A DNA stretch of 39,163 nucleotides from positions 1 to 39,163 of the forward strand of contig MRSU01005016.1 of assembly GCA_008369845.1 (NCBI GenBank). Direction: 5' to 3'. Shown here in pieces: positions 9,524 to 19,900 of this stretch; position 1 is the stretch's first letter, and each line of letters opens with the position of its first letter. A program made the position numbers and the translations under genes. Under the pieces are notes generated by a model. The model saw only the letters and a program-made list of their open reading frames with translations, had not been told where the DNA came from and did not search any database. Source of the DNA: Trichomonas gallinae (Eukaryota).

Positions 9524-11332
9524 TTTTTATTCAATTAATGTATAGTTTGAGAGATTATTGTGTTTTATATATATTATACTAAAATTATCCATATACTTAT
9601 CTATTATGATTATGACAAAATATAACAATCATATTCATTTTAAGCATATTTCGTTCTTTCCGTATTGAGAAATCCAGAACTTTGCTGTTGCAAGCAACAC
9701 AAATTCTATTGGATCTTGTGCAAATATCATACATGTTATTTTCAACAACATCAAGAACAAGTCTATTGGTTCAAAGACAGCAAACGCTTTAATCAATCTT
9801 TAATTTCATTTTTTTTAATTTATCTAAGATTTAAGCCAATATATAAATTTACATTAAATATATCATTGTACGATTGATTTGATATATATATTATTAATAC
9901 TTTTTTATATTTTCAAATCTTTTAGATGAAAATAAAGAGTTATATAATTTTATTTATATTCTATGATTTGATATAGATAAAATGTATGTATTCTATGTGC
10001 AAATACATATCTTACGTTTGATAGATGTATTGATATAAGATATTTCACGTCAGTTTAACGAACAAACTCAAAAATTGCATTAGAAATAGAATATATAGAA
10101 TGAGAATATGCGAAATTTATGTATAAACATGATCTAATTCGCTACTCAATAACATCGAAATCTGAAAAATTTGTCCATACATAGTTATTTCGTATTAATT
10201 TAGATACTAAATACGAATATATGAACATTTGATCCTAAAAGAAGATGATCAACAGCAGTAATTTCTTTCAATCAAACTGATGTTTCTTTGATGTTGTTTT
10301 CACAGTTGAAACACAACAAGCATGAGTTGTATATTCGATTTCAAATCATAAAAACTTATAACTCCGATTTTTCCCAAATTTCAAAATGTTTGAACGTTCT
10401 ATATCGTATTGGAGGATTAAGGTGTTATTCAGAAGAAAAAAAAGAGAAAATTCTAAGACTAGTTTTAGTATTAAAAACTTACAAAGAAGAATTGACTTGA
10501 AATAATATCATATTTTGAGGATAAATTCGATCAATTAATAGAATATGATCTTTCAATGGACATGTAAGATATTGTCATAAGTGATATCTTCGGATTAGAA
10601 GTATTTTGAATACAAATTGTAACAAAATCTACCCAAAAGAAAGAAAAATTATTGGAAATAATATATCGATTATTTTTCAAATTATTTATTTTGTATCAAT
10701 CAAATTCAAATTTTTTATTGGATAATCTTAACGTAGCATTGTTTATTAGAAAGACAATTTCGAAGACGGTTTATCAATTTTACAATTTTGAGAAAATAAT
10801 CGTTTTCATCAAAATTATAAACTTTGACAAAATATTATTGAACATGCTAAAAATAGATATTGAAAAACTATGCATTTCAAAGGTTTCTGAAGCAAACACA
10901 ATTTTTGCTACGTATAGAAAATATTTCCAGCTCCGTTAATGATAATAAGCTAATATTTTAAAAATTTCCAAGAGCTACTTGTGTATTCAAAATTTTCGAG
11001 ACTGAAAATTTATTATATATCATATTGACATAACTCCCCCAAAAATCAAATTTCAAATTTTGATACAAAATTGTTTAAAGTTTGACAATCTTGTTATAAA
11101 TCATATTTTTATAATAATAATCGAACATTCTATATTTACACCGGTCTCAATTTATTTGTGAAATTAATTCAAATTCTTTCAATTTTTTATCGACAAAATT
11201 CTCAAATTTTTAAATTGATTTTGCACTTATTATTGATTACAATCATTGATTTTAAACAATTTTTAAATTTTTGTTTTAATTGGCCTTACAGATAATTTTG
11301 TTTCCTTTCATAGATGAATAAAAATAAGCAAA

Positions 11333-12304
11333 ATGACAACTTTTTTCAATCTGTGTCAAAAACAACAACAAAAAAATTTCATGCATGAAGAAATAGCTTC
11401 AATATTGAAAGAACATGGCTATGAATTCAAAAACTACATCAATAAGGGTGCGTTCGGGTTTTGCTACCTTGTTAGATCGAATAAATACGGGATAGATTTC
11501 GTTTGCAAATGCACATTTAATTGTCAGTCCAATCAATCGTTCATTACATCATATGAAAGAGAAGTCAAGGCATTACTAAATTTAAATCATCCACATATTG
11601 TTCGCGTTTATGATATTTTTACCGAAGGCAATTTTTTATTTTTAATTATGGAATATTGTTCGGGCGGAAGCATGCAATCAATGATAGAACAGAAAAAGAT
11701 GGATCCCAAGTCTAACTCATCCCTTCAATTCTTGCATCAAGTTATCAATGCAATTAATTACATGCACGAAAGAGGGTTTGCACACTGCGATATCAAACCT
11801 TCAAACATACTAATTGATGAATTTGGACGCGCCAAGCTGGCCGACTTCGGTTTGACACATTTTGTTGGATCTGCAGGCCAGGACAACGAAACGAACTATG
11901 GAGGCTCGTTTTCATTTATGGCGCCTGAACTCTTGAAATATAAGAGGTGTGATCCATTCAAATCTGATGTTTGGGCCCTTGGAGTAACATTATATTATTT
12001 CTTCACGAGACATTTGCCATTTAAGGGAAAAAGCATGGAGCAAATGCTCTGCCAGATACAAGCAGGCCCTTTCCCTGTTAAAGGATGCCCAAAATACATG
12101 GCACAGATAATTGAAGGTTGTTTGCGTTATTCAGCGAGCAAAAGATTAACAATAACACAGATAAAATCTATTGTCATGACAAATGCGAGCTCACAATCAA
12201 GCCCACCTATAAAAAGCATGCATAAAATGATGATGAGAGGAACATATCAGAATATTATGAATCCTTACAGATTACAGCGAAATGCTAACAGCAGCTCTTA
12301 TTAA
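11333..12304 (+). CDS. Ser/Thr protein kinase, CAMK-like (trichomonad expansion), non-RD
   Basis: KGAFG, FVCK, YEREV, HCDIKPSN, DFG, FMAPE, DVWALG. Start uncertain (11333 or 11381; out-of-frame ATG at 11314). Confidence 0.92.
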   Translation: MTTFFNLCQKQQQKNFMHEEIASILKEHGYEFKNYINKGAFGFCYLVRSNKYGIDFVCKCTFNCQSNQSFITSYEREVKALLNLNHPHIVRVYDIFTEGNFLFLIMEYCSGGSMQSMIEQKKMDPKSNSSLQFLHQVINAINYMHERGFAHCDIKPSNILIDEFGRAKLADFGLTHFVGSAGQDNETNYGGSFSFMAPELLKYKRCDPFKSDVWALGVTLYYFFTRHLPFKGKSMEQMLCQIQAGPFPVKGCPKYMAQIIEGCLRYSASKRLTITQIKSIVMTNASSQSSPPIKSMHKMMMRGTYQNIMNPYRLQRNANSSSY

Positions 12305-12969
12305 TTGTTTTGTTTTTGTTATTACGGAATAAAATTTGTTTGGTTTTTAGATTTAATTCTTTTTATTTTTGAATTTTTCTAATTTTTTGCTATTTTGGTT
12401 TGTTAAACTATTCTTAATGATCATAGATAGATAAAATGGCAGTACGTTAAAATGAGAAAACTCAAATCTAATAATTATCATTCAATATTTTTCAATATAA
12501 AGTTAAATACTGAAAAAATCATGCAAAACTACGCAATGTATTCTGTGCAGTATAAAAACATAACTGAAATGAACCAATTCGGATTATCATATCAATTCAA
12601 ATTTTGAATTCTTTATTTAGATTATGTTCTAGTCGCATTTCTTTATTCCTACTGCTACAGAATCCTAATTAATTTCCAATTCCTTTGAGCAGATAGATAT
12701 ATTTTGCTCTAAATTAATTTCGAGATTTCACCATTTTATCAATAAGAAATCCAGATATGGCCTATAAAATGCTATATTTCATGTTCAAAATCGATTTTAA
12801 AATGTTGTTTCCAAATTGATGGACAACATTTGGGAATTGTAACAATTTGCTGCATAGAATCGAATCAATTCTGTTTATATCCGAGTAATATGAAATAAGA
12901 AAAAGAAATTATGAGAAATTAGAAATAAAAATTCGCAAATAACAGTTTAAGAACAATCAAACAAATATA

Positions 12970-14655
12970 TTACATTTTCCCTCCAGCAGAGGTGATAAGA
13001 TTAATGAATTCCTGGTTTCCAAGGTCTGTAGCAATTCTCAGCGGAGTTTTTCCGTTGTTTATCTTGAGATTGACGTTCGTCGATCTCTTGATAAGCAACT
13101 TGCCCAACTCCAAATAGTTGTTCTTGATGCAGATAGATAACGGCGTTTCGCCATTTGAATCTAATTTATCTGGGTCAGCAGCTTTTTCTAAGAGCATTTT
13201 GACACAGTCATATGCATTATTGCGGCAGCCATGCATGATTGGCGTTGCTGTTTCGTTGTCTGTCGCTTCAATAAATGCTTTGTGATCTAAAAGATACTTT
13301 AAAACGACTGTATCGTTCCTTGAAGCGGCTTTCATCAATGCTGTGGTGCCATCCTTGGCCTTTGTGTCTATTGGAGCATTCAAAGACACTAAATAATCCA
13401 CAACTTTGAATTTGTGATGCTTTATAGCTATCATAAGCGGTGTCTTCTTCTTGCAACCGCCTGAATTGATGTCACAGCCCAAGTCAATGAACATTTTGCA
13501 GATCGAAAAAGGCATATATTTGCAAGCTTCGTATAATGCAGAGGTTTCGCCAATATGTTTGCAAAAGTCTTCTGTCTTGAAGCATTTGAAGAATAAGAAC
13601 AAGAAATTGCAGCTCGAAATCAATTCTTTCCAACGAAGATTATCGAAATCTGTGTAATCATAAAATTCGAATAAAGTTGAATTTCTGTGATAATATATGA
13701 GCTCATCGATTGTTGGGATGACCATTTTCTTTGATTTCTTTCTGCAAATTTCGATAATTTCACGATTTCCACCAAGCAAAGCGAATTCTGAGTAGCGATC
13801 CTGGTAGTGTTGGAGAGTCATAACATACTTGAATATGTTAAGAGCTCCGTACTTGCAAGCTAGCTGAAAATATTCTTCTGGATTAACAAGATCAGAAACT
13901 TTCTTCATATTTTGCTTGAATAGTGGCAAATCATCATAGAAGATCGCATATCTATAATCACTGGATTTAAATCCGCATAACAATTCTTCCGATGAATAAT
14001 ATTTGACTTCATCAGGCAAATCCTCTTTGATCCAGCCCCTGTTGATGAGGGAGTTGCGCAGTCCAGTGTTATATATCGCATCGTCCTTTGTTATTGTCAC
14101 GTTTTCAGACTTAAGAAAAGTATCAACAAGATTTAAGTAAAAAAGTGCGTGAGAACTTCTTCTTTCTGAAATCGTCGCAATCATGTCTAGGACTTCGCCT
14201 GCTGTTATTTTGTCTTGGTGGCGTAGTAATTTTATCTGTTCGTGGATGAAAGGGATGTTAATTGGATCGTGATTCCAAATTAGCTCTGTGAGTTTAAGAT
14301 ATTGGTCATACAAGCTGTTGAAATTTTGTTTAAAGAATCCATTGGCGTTATTGGAGCGTAATTTGAGCGCCGTAATTATGTAAATGATCCACCAATTAAG
14401 ATCTTCTGAATCTTTCGGTAATAATTTGTAATCTTTATCACGTTTATCCTTTATCGAAAAGCATGGCTGTATTTTGAATGAAGTGTCGATTCTTATGGAC
14501 TTTATTGAGTCAAGAGGAATTTTCCCTTTGATTTCGCCCTCTTTATCCGACTTGTACGTCAACATATCTAGAGTGAGCTCAAAGTAACGGGACTTGATGC
14601 TCTTAATAAAATGCCCTTGCTTCCTTAGAAATCCAGATTTTAATACATCATTCAT
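12970..14655 (-). CDS. PH domain + DUF3447-like region + ankyrin repeat protein
   Basis: N-terminal PH (KSGFLRKQGHFIKSIKSRYFEL...LNWWIIYI); central YAIFYDDL, LACKYGALNIFKY, FALLGGNREIIEIC, IYYHRN typical of trichomonad DUF3447-ankyrin proteins; about six C-terminal ankyrin repeats (SALYEAC, TPLMIA, TALMKAA, TPIMHG, TPLSIC, TPLRIA). Confidence 0.88.
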   Translation of the reverse strand: MNDVLKSGFLRKQGHFIKSIKSRYFELTLDMLTYKSDKEGEIKGKIPLDSIKSIRIDTSFKIQPCFSIKDKRDKDYKLLPKDSEDLNWWIIYIITALKLRSNNANGFFKQNFNSLYDQYLKLTELIWNHDPINIPFIHEQIKLLRHQDKITAGEVLDMIATISERRSSHALFYLNLVDTFLKSENVTITKDDAIYNTGLRNSLINRGWIKEDLPDEVKYYSSEELLCGFKSSDYRYAIFYDDLPLFKQNMKKVSDLVNPEEYFQLACKYGALNIFKYVMTLQHYQDRYSEFALLGGNREIIEICRKKSKKMVIPTIDELIYYHRNSTLFEFYDYTDFDNLRWKELISSCNFLFLFFKCFKTEDFCKHIGETSALYEACKYMPFSICKMFIDLGCDINSGGCKKKTPLMIAIKHHKFKVVDYLVSLNAPIDTKAKDGTTALMKAASRNDTVVLKYLLDHKAFIEATDNETATPIMHGCRNNAYDCVKMLLEKAADPDKLDSNGETPLSICIKNNYLELGKLLIKRSTNVNLKINNGKTPLRIATDLGNQEFINLITSAGGKM

Positions 14656-14658
14656 TTT

Positions 14659-14666
14659 GTCACTTT
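14659..14666 (-). promoter_or_regulatory. AAAGTGAC core-promoter/5' UTR motif (Trichomonas M2-like)
   Basis: AAAGTGAC-AAA-ATG directly before the PH-ankyrin start codon. Confidence 0.6.
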
Positions 14667-16947
14667 TTAAATTTTATAGTTAACATTTTCTATAGCATCA
14701 TTGTAAATGGTTTTAAATAGTAAGCGAATTTGTTACCCTCAAATTTTCTGAATCAATTCAAAATAAAATTACAAAAATTCTTAGTGTTTTTAGCATAGAA
14801 TCGGAATTATATGCGATTTCCTTTTTTCGTTCTCATTCTCAAAAAACGATTTATTCCTCCATTAAAAATGGCAATGCTCTGAGTCTAATAAAATGATTTT
14901 GACACTTTTGAGCTATAATTTTTACTGTGGAAAAATTGAATAGGCTCATGGATCAACAGTTAAATCATGGAATCGGAATTAGCAAACGTACTAAAATCAA
15001 ACCAATTCTTCCGTTTGTAAATCAATAGAAAAATTCGATAAAATCCGTTCAAACCTTCAAATAAATATAAAGACCAATAGTATCTACGTCTAATTTGTGC
15101 TAAATTGGCTGGGAAAAATTTTTTAGTTGGGATCAAAATTATAGGGTTAATTTTTAAATATACACATTTCCGATGTTTCTACTAAGTATTAAGATTTGTA
15201 AACCATTCAAAATGCATCCACTCTTTCAAAATCAAATAACCATATAAAAACACAGTTGGACTGAATCATCTATCACAGATCCAATTTTAACATGTTCTTG
15301 TGTCATAGATGTCAATTGCTATCGTATTGTTTAGAGATTTTTAATAGAAAATTTTGAAAACTCAATAAAACGCAAAAACGTAAGTTAAGTCATGATATCA
15401 AGGCCTTTGAGTTTAAAAATATATAAGCACTATAGAAAACGAGTTATTTTTATTAAAAAATTTGGATAAACACCTCGTTAATCAAAATTTGTCTATTGTA
15501 CGGCCTTAACCACCATTACTATACTTGTTAATTCCAGAGAACGAATACGATTATTTTTTAAAATTTGGTTATTTTCTAAAGTTTAGTCTTGCTTTGAGTT
15601 AATATTATCTGATTGGGATTATCTAGTATTTCTTACAGCAACAATTACTCCGTTGACAAAATTTGATAAATTTTTCGTTGGTGAATTAAGTTAATTATAT
15701 ATGTTAAAATGATTAAAATCGAATTAAAGATTTTTAAAAATGTAGGTTTACTAATGAAATTTAGATAACCAAAAAATCTGACATGACAAGCAATTATGTC
15801 AAAATAGAAAATTTTGTTCTGTCACCTTACATGTCAAAAAAGAATGGTATTTGCAATATTTTAAATAAGCAAGTCAAATTGAATATAGTATATGCGCATA
15901 CACTAATTGTTTATTATCTAATATTTTTTGTGTGCACTTCATGATATTCCTTTGAAAGAACAACTTACTCAAGTGATAAGAGTACGAAACACTTATGTAC
16001 ACTATTTTAAATACAAAGCATTTATTAATGAACCATAATATCATAGAAAATAATCTTGTTTTCGACCAATATTTAGCAGAAAATGAAAATTGATGCGGAT
16101 AACCTACTAGTATTCAAGTGTATCCACTTCATGTAGTGGAGTTCGACTTAAGGAATTCTTGTTAATTATGATATACCTCAAAAATTAAAGGGTTTTTCAA
16201 AATTTGACATAGATTTTTTTAAAAGTAACAAATCATAATAAATATTAGATATTCTGATTACAGACGTAAAAAATAGTTCGAGAATTACGGGCGTGAAAGA
16301 ATTCAAAAACTCTAAATAAAATAAATATATTAGATAATAATCATTTTTCATTTAATAACTTCAAAAATTGAATTTTAAATGATCGTATGACATTTACAGG
16401 TTTTATGGAATTTAATAAATTACGTTTAAAGAAATTAAATTCGTTTCATACATTTGATTTTGAGGCAAAAATAATCGTCTGCCGCATAATATTTTTCTGA
16501 ACTTTTAGAACATTTCATTTATCAACATATATAGTTCTAATTTTTCGATTATTCTGCAAAAAAAAGTCGAGAATTTTTTTGGCATAATATTATATGTAAT
16601 AAAATTATTCAATATTTCAAAAATAATTTGTAGCGATTTTTGTAATGTAAACAGTTTTGATGGCTCATTGAAAAATTGAAAAACTCGAAACAAAACTCCA
16701 TATTTTTGATTTCCCCTCTAATATAAACAAGCTCAAAATAACGTCATTTTAAAAAGTGTCAATTATAACAAAATCGACTTTTTCTTTTGTATTTGCATTG
16801 TATAGATTATATTAACGCTATATTTGAGCTCAAAAATGATTTTGTAGAAAATTCTTATTTTTTAGTTAAAAAATAATATCAATATAATGTATAGGTATGG
16901 AAAATTAACTTAAATAAAATTTACGTTGAAAAAAATTTATAAATTTA

Positions 16948-19900
16948 ATGACTTCTGCACACCAAACAACCATAGCGTCGCAGTCACTCGACCAAGCAGC
17001 GCTTAACCTTGAGTTTCTGCAGAAGACAGGGTTTATCGAGAAACATTTTCCTCTTTTTCACGCATTATTTTTGCAAAAATTGATTCCGACAATTTTTGGC
17101 TACCCTTTCCTGTTCCTGTACTTCACACAGTGCCTCTTCATCGTTGCGTGGCCGTGGCTGAAATATATGGACGGAGAACGCGAAAATAAACTAATGCGTT
17201 GGCTTTTTAGAGTGTTGTTGTTCCTTGATAGCAATCCTACTGACAATAACTACCTATTCGCAGCCATAGGAATGTGGATTTGCGCCTATTCTACTGTTTT
17301 TTTGATCCAATTTCAATTATTTTATTACAATTTTCAAAGGAAATTCGTTTCATTCTTAAATTATCCGATAAGACTCTACTACGACACCTTCCTAGTGTGG
17401 CACAACATGCCAGCAATGATTGGAACGTTCCAAACATTATTGAAATTATTTAGAGGCGAAGCAAATATAAAAATCGTATTTGCTTTCATTTTCTACGCGA
17501 TGGGCTACTTTTATATGATAGTTTCGTTCACAATGGTCCATCTTTTCGCCGCAAAATCAATTTATGTTTGGCGTTGGCCTCTTTTGAACTTTGATCCACT
17601 GCTTATGATATACACCATATGGTTCAACCTGTCAATGATCGCAATTTTCCACATTTTAACACTTTTTGAACATTGGGCTCCGTTAGTCGCCGTTTTCATG
17701 CATATGATAGGTTTCGCGTACCTGGGGTGGTACCTGTTCGCCAACGTCTCGTTTGTCGACATCATTTTCCAGTCAATGGGCATCGCTTGGTTCTTTTCGT
17801 GCTCTGTTTCTGATTTCGTTGTTCTTTTAGCGAGTTTCATTCCAAATACATTCTATTACACACCAATAGGGGCCTCTGTTACATGTTTGTGCTTGTTATC
17901 CGGATTTATGCTATTTTTCAATATTTTTAGATATCGATGGATGAAAAAAAGACTTAGCGTCGAAAGAGCATCGCAGGAAGAATATTATGACTACTACGAC
18001 TCGATAGGGCTTGGTGAAAACGAAGGAAAAGCTCTTGCATATTTGAAGATTGGATTTCAATATTATTGCCCTTGTTTTTACAATTGGACATTAATGAACT
18101 ACATAGTAGAGAGATATAAATCAGAGAGGGCGTTGGCAATTTGCCTCCATCTCATTTCTTTCTTTCCAAAAGAATCAAGATTGCAAAATAAAATAGAAAA
18201 AGAGGTTCTTGCGAGCAGAAATATATTCTGGCCAGTGAGATTCTTGATATATGAGATAGAGCATCTCAAAACACTGAGAAATTTCCAAAATAATTCTGCG
18301 ATGAAGCTGAAACTCGTGGAATTGAAGACAAATAGCAGGCAGTGTGAGATGATGTGCAGAAGTGCTGTCGACTCCACAAAGCTCAACGCCGAATTCTTCG
18401 AAATGATGGGAGAAGCATTTCATCAAACGCGAGCTCTTTGGAAAGAAGCGATTATAGACTCACCTAACAATGCCAAATACTACGAGGAGTACTCCAGGTA
18501 TCTTTGCGAGGCAGAATGTGATTTCGTCGAAGGTTTGATAATGAAAAATCGTCAAAATGCTATAGAATCAGGATCTAGCTTCAGCGTTGACATGTCCTTC
18601 AGGTCAATGGTTCGCGCGTTTCCTCAATATTTAACAAAGAAGATTGTAGACTTACAAGGAAGAATTATTAAAAATGTAACGCCGGAAGAACTGAGAAACA
18701 GCGCAAGTGTTACAGCAAATACAACAATAAGCAACGGAACAAGCTCGTCTTCATTCTCTTCCGCTTTAGATAATGATGTTGAAGATCATCTTGGAAGAAT
18801 AACCTTCAAAATGTCAAGAGTCAGACTCGCTTTACAGAGAACTTTATCAAGGAAAATGCCAAAACCTATATTGCTGATCAAAGAATTTTCAGTATTTTTA
18901 ATAATCGTTTTGCCCGTTATTTTCGGCTTATCTTGGTATAAAACTAAGTCAATACTTCTCGAAAGAGTCAACAACATGCAGCTACTCGATGAATTATCAT
19001 TAACGAGATTTTATTGCGCGTTATCTAACTTAGATTTGATATTAATGGTCTTCAAAAGAGCTCAGTTTGTGCCTCCAATGCTTGAGCAAATGAAAAAACT
19101 TATGCGAGAATCTGATATTCCATATATCGATCCTTACACTAACAATCTTACAGCTTTACTGAATTTCACTAACAGAGGCTCATCATATTATCAAAGTTTG
19201 ATCAACAGATTGACAAATTTAGCTATTAAAGGTGACGATGTCAATCATTACGCAGCAGTTCTATTGACAGAGAAGCTTTTAGCTCACACATGTAACGAAG
19301 GCAACATTGTTGGTAACTTTGACACATATCCATCATCACTGGGCTCACTTATTGCAATGTATTTAACAAATCAGAGATTATTGTCATCAATAATTCCATC
19401 TGAGATACCAGATCCTTTCTCACAACCGAATATTTGCGAATTATCCTCGAATTACATGGCTTTCTTCCAAGGATCATCATTTCTTTTAGGAAATATTTCT
19501 GATGCGCAAGATAAACGTGGACAAGAGTTCAGCTACTCATTGCTATTGATAGAAATATTCATGCCAATTTTGACTTTTATATTCGCTTTCGTTCCTTTCA
19601 TTGTTATTCATTTTTCTATAAATCGAAGTCTGAATGAAATCATAAAACTCATCCAATCACTAGATATCAAAGCTAAGAACGAAGCGAAAGAGATGATACT
19701 GTTCCATAAAGATTCAGACGACCTTAGAATGACTGATTTTCTTCGACGAAGCAGAAAATCTTTATATTTGATTGCAACAATTTGTTTTGTTATGATGCTG
19801 CTATGCTTCATTTGCTTCGCTGCCTGCGAGACATGCATGCAGTCAAACAAAGACATCGAGAAACTCAACCACTGGAACAAATACGCGACATCTCGTTTAT

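Noticed and set aside
16123..16140. TCCACT-N6-AGTGGA hairpin
   Set aside because: A 6-bp stem is expected by chance, and there is no ncRNA context.
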